64,000 nt of DNA from Octopus bimaculoides (Eukaryota): the NCBI RefSeq assembly GCF_001194135.2, contig NC_068993.1, forward strand, positions 32,952,453 to 33,016,452, given 5' to 3'. A program made the translations under genes and the position numbers. The first letter of the stretch is position 1, and each line of letters begins with the position of its first letter. This document shows, piece after piece, positions 25,346 through 39,365 of the stretch. Under the pieces are notes generated by a model. It ran no database searches. It was not told the DNA's origin and saw only the letters and a list, made by a program, of their open reading frames with translations.

Positions 25346-26766
25346 GTAGCAGATAGGATAACTTAGTTCATCCATTGTTGAACTGATGTGGATTACATGT
25401 CTCAGTGAACATTAGCACACATTAACACCTTAAATATGCATTATGACCCTGGGATCCCATTGTCCTGGGATTCTGACTGGTTGAGTGGTGTAATCCAACC
25501 CATACCAGCATGGAACACATTAAATGATGATCTCACACACACATAAATATAGTTGTACTACTTAGATAATTCTATTTCCATTTGGCATTTCTTCACTGTT
25601 TTTATACATATCCTGTCATTTAAGTGTATATGAGTGTGAATTGATATAATAGCAGACAGCCATCTGAGAGATCTACTATTCATTACCAGCATTCTGTTGT
25701 GCTCCTTGGTCAACAGACATTAACTTTAAAATAATTGCCAAGTAGTTCATTTAGTTGTAGTTGTCCATGCTGAAAGTTAAGAACTAATCACTGTAAATAG
25801 TGATATCACTATAAATTTGATGGCTTTGGTAGTTTGTACTGCTGAGTTGAATTCCTTTTGTGGCTATTTCTTGGAGGCACTGTTTCTATCAAGTTTAGCT
25901 GCTGTAGATGCACTACATAAAGAAGTTACGCTTCACAGTGACACCTCCTTAACTCGATGGATTATGGGAGTCATCACCCTATCTTTGATAGTAACATTTA
26001 AATGCTATGTTTAACATATCCTGTTTCACCGTTCAAAGTATGTCTCTGGTAAAACAACAAAGCCTTGGGATTGGCTTTAGAAGTTGAATAATTGAAGATT
26101 ATAATACAAAGGGTTCTTAATTGTAAGCTTGGCTCCTTCATTAACACCACTCTTTGAGATAATATTTTCTTAATGATTAATGTTGATGATAATTATATAC
26201 AGTAACACTATATTCTATTAGTCTGGTCAATGGCATTATCATGTGTAACCTATTGTATTTTAACTTCTTTCTGTATTACATGTATATCTCATGAGAATGT
26301 TAGACTTTTAGAGTGAGCAGTTTAAGACAACTATAGCTTTGTTACAATTAATAATGTGCTAAAATTAAATATATAATTCTTCAAAAAGAATGATAGGTTG
26401 TTTACTATTACTATTACAACTGTGACAACTAAAGGCAATATATCATCCCACCTGCCAATCATATTTGTATACTTCCTTGTCTACTGTCCAGTTATCAGCC
26501 TTACTAAATAGATTTCATTGCTTTTATAAAATATTGTTTCCAAGTTGAACTACATTTTCACATATTTGCATGTTATAAATTGTGTATAATTTTTTTTTAA
26601 TAAGACAAAAAAAATTCATGCTGTATTTTTTAAAGTTTAAATTTGTCTTTTCATCAAATAATTTTTTTACAAAATATGTTGCATAAAATTTTTCATCTAT
26701 TGCATTAACAAGAATTTTAAGGAACATTTTTGTGCCTTAATGATTCCAATTTTTGTTTTTCTTTAG

Positions 26767-26850
26767 AATGTCAATACTTGTCCTGTAGATCGACGAGAAT
26801 TTGAATTAATCTTGGCTAGACATGCTGGTGAAGATGAGATTTTTAAAAAG
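26767..26850 (+). CDS. PHRF1: Coding exon 3: RING C-part (NVNTCPVDRREFELILARH...)
   Basis: ctttAG acceptor; AAG|GTGTGT donor; 28 codons. CPVD has Asp in the last ligand position, as in this family. Confidence 0.93.
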
Positions 26851-27738
26851 GTGTGTTACATTTTTTTTTGAGAACAGTAAATATTGCATTCATTCTATAT
26901 TTTATAGCCAATAACTATGTTTGTATTTTAGAATTAGTTTTGAATTAACACAATTCTTAGGTTTCTTTTTGATTTGCTTTACTAATTAATACTGAGTTAG
27001 AGATTTAAATTTCTCAGTTTTGATTATGGTGCCAATAAAAATTCTAGACGGTTTAAATGTATTTGTATTTTTCAGTTTGGCTTAGTTCTTTTAATTAAAT
27101 CTCATTGACAAGCACACTTGTCAATGAACCTTAATTCAGACTGACATTGTGTATATTAGGATATAGTAAAGGTTGTTTTTGATATACTTTATTTCCTGAA
27201 GGTTGTTACTTGTTAACAGTATTAGAAGGTTCTTGCAAATTTAGAAAATGGCATGCTGTTGGAATTATTTTTATTATAGTAATTGCGCACTTTTTTTGCA
27301 AATAACTTGAATTTAATGTTAGGGTAGAACCTGAGGATGTGTTTAGAATTATGTTGTGGTTTATCTCTTGATTTATTGTCAGTAACTCAGCTAATTTCAA
27401 AACTGAATTTTAGATTTTAATTTTCACATGTGAAGGTCAACTATAAATACTTGTAGGAAACCTGTGGTTCAGTTTACATGGTTTCACTTCCTGTAGTGCA
27501 TGGAAGATGCTATGATGCCTACTTTTTTATGCATAATCAATGTACTTGATACATTATATGACACTCCCCTCTCTCTTCTCACCTAGAAATGGCTTGTTCC
27601 TCAATTTAGATATTTGTGGTATCGTAACCAATAAATATTATTGAAAACTTGATTGTAATTTTCATGAAGTATTATCAGATTGCAATTAATATATTTAATC
27701 AATATTTGTGTTCAAATTTGTTTATCTTGTCTATTTAG

Positions 27739-27872
27739 ATTCCTGTGGCTGAAAAGAGTTTTGAGGCTGAAGAAGATGCAAGTGAAGCAGAAAATGATTT
27801 GACTTACTGTGAAGTTTGTGGCCAAAGTAACCGAGAAGATAGGCTTTTACTGTGTGATGGGTGTGATCTAGG
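27739..27872 (+). CDS. PHRF1: Coding exon 4: PHD finger N-part (YCEVCGQSNREDRLLLCDGCDLG)
   Basis: ctatttAG acceptor; GG|GTATGT donor, phase 2. Confidence 0.95.
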
Positions 27873-29117
27873 GTATGTTAATTATCAGTATTGTGTGATG
27901 GTGTGGATTATATTACCATTATATAGTTATTAACACTGATGGGTGTGGTTTAGGGTATGTTCATAATCGTTATATATAGGTGGGTCACTAATATTATATG
28001 ATGAGCGTGATAATAATCTTAATTTTAACATTTCATAAATTTTTATTTATATTGAAATGGTAGATTGGTAGTATTGCTTGAACATTGAATAAAATACCTT
28101 GTGGTGTTTGGTTATATCCAGTGGTGAGCTGGTCTCTGCATTCACACAAATCAATAATTAGTATCTTTTTAAAAGTGAGAACCACTTGTTAACTTCTTGC
28201 TGGAAGGTGAAATGAGACTTACTCAGGAAAGTTAGGGTGTTAATCACACTACAAAATCTAGTCTATTTGCTGTACAAAATTGTCCATTTTAAAATCAAAC
28301 TTGGAAGGTTTATAAGCATTATTTTCTGGAATGAAACTAAATGTGCAAGTGTGTGTGTGTGTATTTGGATACTTGGTATGATTTGTTTACATGTGTGTTT
28401 GTGTGTTCCTGCCACACCTATTGTTTCTATTTGTACTCACCTCCACAATACTTGAACCTGTTATGTATGAGGGACATATCAATCTTCCTTTGGCCCTTCT
28501 CTCTACTCACTTTGTTCCCTTAGCTCCTCATCCTCTTGCATCACCTGGAAGACCAAATGGATGTAGCATGATATTCTATAAATCTTACAGCAAATAAACT
28601 TTATCAATCTTCCAAACATTGGTATTTCTTTTCCCCAACACTGACCATCACAATTTTCATTGGACTTAGGATTTTACCATTATTTTATTGTTGAAGGAGA
28701 GATAAATTGCCAAATTCTTCAAAATCTTTTATTCAGAATCCTTGGTTAACAGTTTTGTAACTCAGTGTAGCTGAATGAACTGGTTGTTGAAACTTTAACT
28801 GCTCACCACTGGTTATGCCTATATGTTGAGAGGTCAACTGTGCTATTTCTCTTTTTGGGGTTGATAAAATGTCTGACTGAAATAAACAGTTGACTAACTA
28901 AAAGCCTTGAAGAGTGCAGCAATCCAATAGCTGGAAAAGAGCTGGGTGGGGATTTTTTTTAGTATTTCATATAAGAATTTAGTTAGTAGCTAACACTTTT
29001 GAAAACAGCTTTTTTATCAATTGAAAATTTCAACTTTGAAAAATTATTTGCAAAAATTTTTTTTACTTTAAATGAAAAGCTTGTTTTTTAAATTTTTTCT
29101 TTGAAAATCTTGAACAG

Positions 29118-29209
29118 ATTTCATTGTGAGTGCTTGGACCCACCTCTTGATAGTGTTCCAGTTGAAGAGTGGTTCTGTCCAGATTGTGCTGAAGCTAATG
29201 ATTCACATC
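29118..29209 (+). CDS. PHRF1: Coding exon 5: PHD C-part (FHCECLDPPLDSVPVEEWFCPDC)
   Basis: gaacAG acceptor; C|GTAAGT donor. Completes the C4HC3 PHD; too short for the ORF track. Confidence 0.95.
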
Positions 29210-30219
29210 GTAAGTAATAGAAATAGAAGAGAAACTTTATGGAAATTACAGTAAAATGGAGGAGCATTGTCTTGTCCTGATGTTAAAGTAGAATATTGTG
29301 TGTGTCATCTTTCAGTTGCTATTGTTTTTGTTGTTTTAATATTAGTAGTGTGGATTTAAACAAACACACATGTACAGAAACAAGAGAAACCTGTAGTAGC
29401 TTATTTGTTTAAAACTGATTACTTCCTGTCAGTATGATGTTGCACTAAATGTGGATGCTTTTTGGTGGGTAGAGAGCTACAATCTGCTGGATATGCAATA
29501 TTAGTCTGCAAGACCTGCTACAAGTGAGGTGAGAAGACATTAATGAGGCAGTATTGTTGTAGAAAATAATGTAGAGTTGGTGCATGTTGACCATGTAAGA
29601 GAGAGGTTAAGGACCTAACAATGTGATACAAGATTATAAAATAGGTTTACAGTACAGTATATTACCATATATAGTCTTAGCAGCCTATTTCACCTTAAAG
29701 TAAAGGGCTCAGGAGTAGTTCTCTTAACTGCTTGTGGCTGGAAATCTTGAAGGTGAAGCTAAGCATGCGTAGAGACACATGCCACCCATTAAACTGAAAT
29801 ACATACTGCAAAATTCTGCTCAAATTTTTTACCACCATCATATCCACATGCTAGTAGAGGAATTTCTATGAAATCGCTTGTTACGAGAAATAGCAACTAA
29901 ATTCCTACAGAAAATCACAACTATCTTTAAAAAAGGATCCCTTGGGCAGTGTAGTCCTAGATGTACAAAAAGAGGTGATGGTTTTGATCATAGTTTTATT
30001 CAAGAGTTGATCTAGGGCTAAATACCATCACTAAGCATCTTCATATCCATAACCCACCCCTTTAGTATCCTCAGTTTTTCTGTCCTAATTTATTTAGAGT
30101 GGGTTACAAGAAATGAACATACACAATTAGTAGTGATTTTATTAGACATAAGGATGAAACTATCGTAATACAGTTGTTGATGTTTATGTATTGACTCTGC
30201 ATAAATTTCTTTTGTTTAG

Positions 30220-30389
30220 GTTGTGTACTGAATGATTTTGAATATGAACCACAATATTTATTAGAAGAAAACTCCCCCTCAGAAGCTCTTCCTTATCTAC
30301 GTCCAAGACGAAGACAAATTGCTCGCACAAGGATCAGTGAAAGAGTTCGCGCTCGCATTCAGGAATACCGTGAAGGCTTAGCACGTCTT
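30220..30389 (+). CDS. PHRF1: Coding exon 6 (...RPRRRQIARTRISERVRARIQ...)
   Basis: tgtttAG acceptor; CTT|GTATGT donor; open frame in the expected phase with an IART..SERVR motif. Confidence 0.88.
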
Positions 30390-31164
30390 GTATGTGATGA
30401 TAAAGATTCTGGAGCCTTTGAGGTATGGCCTAATTTTTCTGATTTGTTTCTGGTCTGCAGTTATCATTCCTGCACCTTATATTCTATTGTCTGTGTTGCT
30501 TAGCTTTTCTACTTTGGGAAATCCATGCTTCATTGCAGATTTTATTGCACTACCAAGATTAAATTTCAAAATACAAAAAAAAAAAGACTTGAAAAATTAA
30601 TTAAAAAACAATTTTTTCGTGTATTTACATACTTAAGAAGGTATCAGCTTATTTTTCTTTTTTCTATTATCATAATGATGATAATAGAAACAAATGGTTT
30701 TAGGATTTGGAGACAAATAACTAGCAAGACTGCAAATATCTCAAAAACTACATAGTATTGACACTATATTTTGATGATATTAAAGTATCTTATTTAAAGA
30801 TGAAGGGTTAGTGACAGCAGTAGCAACAGTAGAACTTTGTTTCCTTATTGGTGTAAGTTTGAAGACATCTTGTTAGAACTGGTGTTTATATTGTCTATCT
30901 TTTTCAATTGCGAATTAATCATAAAGTAACTGCTATTTAATTTGTAGCTGTAAGTCATGTACAGTAATAAAAGATAGATCAGAGTATCTGCTATATGTAT
31001 TATGCTGTGTTAATAAAAGAGGTTATATTATAAAATTGCACTTCAGAACTTTGGTATCTCTTGATTGGTTTTTGAGTTGTTAATTGAATGCTTTTAAGAA
31101 CAGTTCTGTTATAAATATTGGCTGATGTACAAATGAATTTTTTTCTTCTTTGTATGTCTTTCAG

Positions 31165-31326
31165 AGAGGGAGTACATCAACAGAATTAAGTCGAACACGA
31201 AGCCAGACTCGGCAGTCAGAGGCAAGCAAAAAACAATCAACAAGAAGGAAATCCAAAAGATTGGTATCTGGTAAAAAAAAAGTTCTCTCCAGGAGAAAAC
31301 AACGGCGTGCCAAGACCTTAAAAAAG
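31165..31326 (+). CDS. PHRF1: Coding exon 7: basic K/R-rich segment, likely NLS
   Basis: ctttcAG acceptor. The weak donor AAG|GTTTTT was chosen because it gives the phase 0 needed by the next exon. Confidence 0.75.
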
Positions 31327-32175
31327 GTTTTTGCTTTATCTATGTCTAATATATAATTGATATTTGAAGTGAAGATTGCCATTGGCAGTCATTAAAGTGC
31401 AGGCTTAACTGATGATCTGTAGTTGATTTTTAGACACATATAGCCAATTGAATTGACTCCAGAGTATTACTGCTACGTAATCAGTATTTGGTTTATATAG
31501 CTATCTAATTAAGAAGGTTGCTTTTCATTCATGTGGATTCAAGTTTGATTCCACTACAAGACCTCAGATAAGTGTCTTCTATTCAACCTTTGGAAAAGTG
31601 GTTGTAAAAATGATATATATGTGAGAGAGAGAGACAGTGTGTGTGCATCTGTTGTAAACTGGTATGATGAGCTGAAGAGGTTGGTGTTAGGAAGGACATC
31701 CAGCTGTAGAAACCATGATAATGCAGTCATTTAGAGCTTGGTGCAGACATCTGGTTTGTCAGTTCATGTTGAACCAACCAACATGTCAGCTTGATGACTG
31801 AAATAAGTAGTGGATGTCTATGTGGTGAAGTAAAACCCTCGAAGCCCCTTTTTCAGCATGGTTGCAGCTCAGTTACTGTACTCAGTATATAAATAATCTT
31901 GAGTTATTCAGATTATGAAAGGATGAAACTACTGAAAACTATTTCTTTACAGTCTGTTGTTTCTGTCTGCTTAACATTTTTAGTTTATTTGAAATTACTT
32001 ATCAAGTGGAATCAGTTGTTGAGAATAAGAATCTTGGAAGTTTTCAATTTTAATTAAAAAATTTTTTTAATTTGTGGCGAGTGAGGTCAGGTGTATTAAG
32101 ATGGATGTATAAAACTATTTTATTTAAATGTAATGATCCCTTTCTTTTTTTTTTTTTCTTCTTCTCTTCCACCAG

Positions 32176-32372
32176 AATCAAATACTTGACAGACTCTGCA
32201 ATACAACTAAGAGCCCTAAATCCCGTCTTGCTGGTAAACTTGGATTAACCAAGTCAACAGGTTTAAGGAAATCTGAGCGAACAACAGCTGAACAGGTAGC
32301 CAAAGAAAACCTGTATGGAATAAAACCTTTGTCAATTATGGGACACAAGCATGAATTGGATCAATTTGATGA
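32176..32372 (+). CDS. PHRF1: Coding exon 8 (NQILDRLC...KSRLAGKLGL...LSIMGHKHELDQFD)
   Basis: Long poly-Y plus ccAG acceptor; GA|GTAAGG donor; open frame. Confidence 0.88.
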
Positions 32373-32965
32373 GTAAGGAAGAACATTTATCCCTGCTTTG
32401 TTCTTCTATAAACATAGCTTAGAATTTCTTGATAGTAATGGATTATTTTTCAGTCATAGAAACCGTCCTTTGTCATTCTACTTGTTGTGACTTTTATTAT
32501 TTTGTTGAGCTGGGTATTGATATTGTAAATCTGTATTCATGGCAGTAGCATCACTAATAGTGATCGTTCTCTGAAGTATCCAGAAGATTCCTCATTTCAT
32601 TTTTTAAAATTCTGATCTAAGAATTAGATTTATCTATTCCTGAACCTCATTGGGACATTGTTGCTTCAATGAAATCCATTATGTTGCACGAAAAATATTG
32701 CTGAGTTACAGATGGTAATGTTAACATTTCTTTGTCAATAAACTGTCTGGTAGCTTTGTGTTTTGAAAGATGTGTAGAACGATAACTTCCTTACTTCAAA
32801 TCAAATAATGGTTAGTAAAAGGAAGACCATTTGGCTGTAAAACAGTCTCACTAATATGTATTCATGTAACCCATACTTGCTTGGCAAACTGAACATAAAA
32901 TGAACTAACAAAATTTACGACTTTCTGTAATTTCTTTTATAAACACATTGCTCTGTGTTTTATAG

Positions 32966-33103
32966 AGATGATTCCTTTGGTCGATCAAGTGAACCACAGG
33001 CAAGTACCTCAATGTTATCTGCAGCAGCCTCAAAAAGATCTTCAAAATATTCGGCCTCAGCTTTACTCTCCCGACAACCGGTTGCTCGCCCATTGTTATG
33101 CAA
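32966..33103 (+). CDS. PHRF1: Coding exon 9 (...SALLSRQPVARPLLC)
   Basis: ttttatAG acceptor; AA|GTAAGG donor; phase 2 to 2. The coding frame differs from the listed 32968 ORF. Confidence 0.87.
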
Positions 33104-33504
33104 GTAAGGACTTTACCAAATGTTTATGTAACTCTGTCTTAGCTGTTGTCTGTGTTGAGTTTATATGATATATATGTAATTGTGTTTGCATAAAGTATAT
33201 ATAATGTATTTCCTCCCAACTGTAGTGTGTCTGACCAGTGAAACACACTTGCACTGAGAACATTTTAACACACACATGCACATGCTACACATTTCAAAGA
33301 AATCAAACTTGTAACACTACTTCCTATTTCCTATACATGAACAGTCACAGTAAAACAGTAACTTGGATTTTTACTGTTTGACCATTGATAACTTTTGCAA
33401 TTTAATCATGAATCAATGCAGATTTTTGTACTGTTTTCTCCCATATCATGTAGTATTTCTCTTAAATGCTGAAAGTAAGTTTCTTTTCTCTATTTTTATA
33501 ATAG

Positions 33505-33677
33505 GTTGCCAGATGATAAAGCCAACAGTAGTCTTTTCTCTTGTCAGAGTAGTAGCTCTGGTGCCAGTAACAGCAGCAGTGGTGTTGGTGGGGCTGGACT
33601 TGATTTGTTAGGAACTATTATGATGGAACAAAGTATTCTTCATATGAAAAGTAAAGACATCAAAATAAACCGAGATG
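33505..33677 (+). CDS. PHRF1: Coding exon 10 (...DLLGTIMMEQSILHMKSKDIKINRD)
   Basis: ataatAG acceptor; G|GTATGT donor. The DLLG..I...Q..L.....D..I.RDGSL motif continues into the next exon. Confidence 0.92.
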
Positions 33678-35142
33678 GTATGTGGGACTTATAAAATTAA
33701 TCCTTGACTTCTTTTATGTCTTCTCAGATCGTACATTCTGCCCTTTATGAATTATTCTAAATTAAATGAATGAAAACTAGGCATTTTCCTCTGTAACTAT
33801 ACATCTAACAACCCAGTGGTACTATCTCAACCCTATAATTAAATACTGATCAAGCATAATTTACTGACTTCATTCACATGTTAATTAATAGTTGAATCAG
33901 TAAAGGTTTCTAAGGATTAACTGTACTGTCACTTAGTTGTTGATGGCCTCCAGCCCTGACTTGCACCCTTGAGAGATCATTTCAGTTTTAAATTCCATTA
34001 CCTTTCAGCACATGGATATCAAAGAAGACTCATAAAATCATGAAGTATTTTTGACTTTGGTGACAGCTTATAGTTAAGACACCTTTATAAAATTTAGTCC
34101 TTAGTGCTGTTAAGAATATACACACACACAGTTATTTTTTCCAGTCACAATATTGATATTGATTAAATCCTATAGCAAATTGGGTGGGTGGTTGATGCAA
34201 CTAATGTAAATATTTTCTACATGTCTAAATCCCATACAAAGCTTTTTAAACTAAGCACTGTATAATAATACTTGTTAATTACACAGCACTTCTGTTGCCT
34301 GTGATAGTGAACTACTGTTATATGATACCTATTTATAGTTCAGTGGACTTAGCCAGTGGTAGATTTTTGTATATGGTTAATATATAACTGAGTGTTGTCT
34401 AAAATCGTAGGAGGTGTTTATATTTTGATGTATATTGCATACTCAATTACAGTAAGCTTTATGTTTATTACTAAGAGCTTTTTGTAGTTAATTTCACTAG
34501 AACATAGTGTCGACAAAAATATCACTGTTTATATTTTCATTTTGATTCATGATTGTTTGATAAAACTGTCATTCTTGTTTATACCAATCTTCAATTTTAT
34601 GTACTGTAATTTATGATACCAAACAAGACAAGGAATCGATTATTGGCCTGTATTGTACACTATCATAGTGGAAGAAAAAACCTTTGCTTAATTGTTCTCC
34701 TATCACTGGTCATTTATAAATAATTCCTTGAATAAAAAAAAGTTTTTTTTATTCAAATCTTATGTATCACGGTCATTGCATTAGTGACAAAGATACAAAC
34801 CCTTCAGCAAGGAGGCCTGCATCTTGTTAACTAATTATCTAAAACTCTGTTTCCTTGTAACTTATCAAAATAATTCATATTTTTGCACATGCAAAGGAAT
34901 CAACCAATTTATTTGGTATTTTAATTTTTTGTTTAGAGGCTGATTTTCTGGGATGTCCTTTCTATCTCTATACTATCTTTTCATTGGTTTAATCTCTGAC
35001 CCTAAATGTAGATGTAAATATTGAAATATCTCTTGAGATGGGGTTAATGGTGTGAAAAAGGTCCATCTGTGATTAGTTACTTTTGTGTTTAAAATTTTAT
35101 TGAACAAGAAGTCTTTTTAAATGATACATTCTTCTTTTTTAG

Positions 35143-38100
35143 GTTCATTGACTGCCAAGAAGCCGGTTCCTGTCAGTGTAGAAGAATGCCAAAGCAAACC
35201 TTCACAGTTGCATTTTGATTACTCAACATCTAAAGAAGATGAAAATTCCAAAATCCAGGTGGATAATGATTCTGAAAAGAATCTAGAATCTCCCGAGGAG
35301 GAAAATTCTACCACTTCTGTTGCAAGTCCTCAGACTAAAAACGATTGTGGACTTGAAAAGATTCATAACAGTTCTAGTGAATCAAAAGAGGAAAGATCTC
35401 CTGTAGCATCTGGTGAGAGTGAACCAGAGGCAAAGTTATCCGAACCTGAAGAAGAAGAAGAAGAAGAAGAAGAGGAAGTAGAAACAGAATGTTCTGAAAC
35501 TGTTGATGAAAATCTTGCTTGTGTAAATGAGGAAGAGGAAGCAGAAGAAGAGGAGGAAGGTGAAAGGGAGGAGGACATGGGTGAGGAGGAAGAATGTAAA
35601 GGAAATGTCAGCGATGACACTAAAACTAATAACAATAACAACAACAAAAGTGTTGGAGATGAAAGTCAGGAAGAAACAGAAGACAGTTCACAGGATGGTG
35701 TGTTAGATGCAGCAACAGTGAGTAATAACTCGGATGGTGAGGATATCAAAAGTGCTTCACCAGAAACCGAAGTGAACAGTCAGCTATACAAGAGTGATGA
35801 CAGCTGTGCTGAGGAGAACAATAAGGAAAGTTCTGAACCAGAAATGGAAAATACGTATGATCCAATACTAGAAGAGAAAACTATTTCCGAGGTGGATTCA
35901 GTTGGCTTCAGTCCTGAACTTGATCTGGAACAACAGAGTGAACCTGAGGATACAGCTCCTATTAAGGAAGGAGAGTCAAGTTGTGAAGATGTTTCTTCTG
36001 TGAATGTTGACAGTGAGAGAAATAAGGTAGAATCTGAAAGTGTTGGTGAACAGCAAGAGGAAAGTGATGAAGAGGAGGGCTGTCCTGATGAGGTGGACAA
36101 ATCAGACAAGGAAGAAGACACGAAACAAACTGGTGAAACTTCAGATATTGAAGACAATATTAAATCAGCTGAGGAAGATGTTGATGAGGAAGTGCCTGAA
36201 GAAGAGTGTAAATTTGATACAGAAGATGACAATGCTCAGAAGGAGAGCACTGTTGATGAATTAGAATCATCAGTTGATTTTGACAAAGCTGATAGTCATA
36301 AGGACCTTGCTGCCGACGAACAACCTTCCAAAGAAATGTCTCCGCTAGACAACTTTGAGAAATCTGAATCTGTGAGGGATGAGGAATCTGACGAAAACGT
36401 TGACTCTGGAGTTGCAGGAGAGAATTTAGTATCTGATGAACCAACTTCTAAGAAGTTTGAGATTATTGAAGAAATGTCAGACCATTTTGATGATGCAACA
36501 TCTACAAATATGACTGATTTAGAAAAAGTTTATCAAGAAAGTTCTGAAAACTATGAAGAAACCAATGAAATGGTAGAGAAGGAAGTATCTGGCAGTGAGA
36601 GTGATGCCAGTTCTGTTGCAGAGGGTGAGAGAGAACGGGATAAACCCAAAGTACCAATATCTGAGCTACCAAGGATCCCTAAGAGAAGCCGAAGGGATTT
36701 GTATAAACGGGAGAAATCATCCAGAAGTGATGGTCCTGAGTTGAAGAGTGTTCTTGGAAGAGTAGACATGTCTGATTATAAAATGAAACGAGGCTGGGGA
36801 AAGAAAGATCGTAAAAGTCGGTGGGATCCTGATGACTGGAATCAATCAGAAAGGGATCTTGATTTTATCAGTAGCCGAGACCGTAAGTCAGATGGAAATA
36901 AAAGTTACCATTCAGATCGTTCTGAAAGTAGTCATGAGAGTGAAAAATACGGCTTTGAGTACAAAGAATCAAGATCTCGGAAGAAACGACATGATATTTC
37001 TCGAAGTCACTCAAAAAGCCATAAAGAAAGTACAATAGATTACAGAGACATTCCACACTGTCGTTATTCTCCAGAGAAATCCAAAACCCGAAAACGAGAG
37101 CGTAGTCGTAACCACAGTCGCTCATGTTCTCGGGATAAAATCTTTGATTATGACAAATCAAGCAAGAGAAAGAGTAGAGGGCGTAGCAGGGACAAAAGTC
37201 CCAGCAGAAAGTCCAAAAGACATCGCTCTTACTCTAGAAGCCCATCACGTAAATCTCATAAAGACAGAGGTTTGAGTGATAAGAGGCGGCACAGAGATGA
37301 ACGCAGGAGAGTTGAAGACCGTGTCCATAAGCGATATTCTGACAGATTGGAATATGAAGAGAAAAAAAATAGACATCACCCAGAAGACTTTGATGAATGG
37401 GATGATGGTTCTTGCCAAGTCATTGATTATCCTGTAGAACAAAATGAATCCCCTCCAGCTAAATCAGAGCGAAGCAAAAAGTCCTCTGACCGTTTCTATA
37501 AAACTTCTCCAAATGATAAAGTAAGTGAAAATTTCTTTGAAAAAAGATCGTCACAAGAAAGAAGTGCTTTTAAAGGAAATAAGTTAGATGATACAGGGCA
37601 TTTCTATAATGCACGCACAACAACTAAAAAGCAAAAATTTGTTGATCGCTTTTATAAAGCTCCGCATCTCCGAGATGCTGGTACAGAAAAATTCCCAATT
37701 CATTTGTCTGAAGATGAAGCTGAAGTTGAGTCAACTCCCAGCAAACCTGAGCCCGAGGAAGTCCAGAAGAGCAATGATGAAAATCGAGTGAAAGAAAATG
37801 AAACTGACAGTGGAAATAGTGAGTATGATCCTGCATTTCCAACAGAGTCAGGAAGTCCAATGCGACAGGAAGAGGCTCCAAAATTGCTTGAAACAGTTGA
37901 GGAAGAGAGCCCACCAGCTTTGTCTGAATCTGAAAGTAGTTCTGCACCTTGCACAACTATTGAAGACACCTCACCCACTTGCACACAGACCGTTGTAGCA
38001 AGTGACCCTCCATTCATACTCCAAGAAAACCCCAGTGTACAAAATCTTCCAGTGCAATCCCAGAACATTACATTTCCTATGGGTCTTCGAATGATGCCCC

Positions 38101-39365
38101 CCAATATGCCTCAGCATCTGATGATGAACCCCATGTTTTTAAGTCGCCCTCCTCCATTCGGTAGGTTACCTCGTATGGCTGGACCTGTAAATCGAATGGG
38201 TTGGCCCATGAATCCTTCAGGAATGATACAGTTACCTCCCAATCGTTTTGGTCCAGCACGTATGGGTCCTGGTGGTGCAATGCCTCCAAGGCCGGGTCTA
38301 CTCAATGGAGGGTTTGAGAGCATGCCTCAAGAACCTGGGCAACCTATGTCTTCTTTCAAGCAACACCCATGTGACCCCAGACACCTTCCTTCCCAAACCC
38401 ACTCGCCTGGACAAATTTCTCGCACTGGCCTTCCCACCCCACCCAATATGTCACACATACCTCCTCCTGGGCCTTTGCTCACACAGCAGCACCCGCCTCC
38501 TCCTCCTCCAACCTCACAAATGCATTTGCCCCTACCCACCACATCAATTGCAACGGCATCGTCTCAATCTCTGAACCTGGAATTAGACGATAGTCAAAGC
38601 CCAGCCTCAGTTCACTTGCCACAGCACCAGCAACAGAGTCTTGGCACGATAGGGATTAGCAAAGCTCAACCGTCCTCTGAAAAGTCTCTGCCACCAAATT
38701 TCATTGTACCTGAAATGAATCAGTTAACAAAACTGCTTGAAGCCCAGGCACAACTGGCAATGTTAGCTGAAGACAGCAGTAAGAGCGAGGGCAAGCAGAG
38801 GAACAAACAACAGCTGTCTATCTCTCAGAACAGTGATATTGATGTTTTTAAAATTCCCTTGCCTCCCATGGCCCCACCCTCTATACCACCTCCCGCTTTA
38901 GCATTACAGTTAATGCCTCCCCCAGATTCTCTTAGTTTCTCTACTAACACCACTTCTACTACTAACAATTTTGTTACTACCAATACATTTAGTAATAGTA
39001 ATAGTAGTAGTAACAATATCAGTAGCAGCAGCAGCAACAACAACAACAACAACAGCAGCGGCGGCAGTAGTAGCAGCAGCAACATTACCAGTAATAATGT
39101 AAAAGTCTATAAAAGCCATCAATTGAAATTATCGAACAGCCACAGGTCATCAGAACCACCATCAGAGTCAACGGAAGTGGTGGACATGGATGTTGCTTCA
39201 CCCCTTGATGATGATGTTGAAATTGAATTGCCTGCATCACCAGAACTTGATGATATTGATGACAGTAAGCTGAGTTCCAAAGACTCTTCTGTAATAGAAT
39301 TGTCTGTGGTTGAAGATATGCCAGCATCTGCAGTGGAATTGACCAATTTAACCAACAAAGAAAAG
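35143..39365 (+). CDS. PHRF1: Coding exon 11 (4223 nt): acidic, RS-rich, Pro-rich and poly-N/S regions
   Basis: Covers most of the 1440-aa ORF; tttttAG acceptor gives DG|SLTAK; donor AAG|GTAGGT after AVELTNLTNKEK. Confidence 0.95.

Noticed and set aside
35363-39358. Antisense and off-frame ORFs over the giant exon
   Set aside because: Shadows of low-complexity coding sequence; no independent splice or domain evidence.
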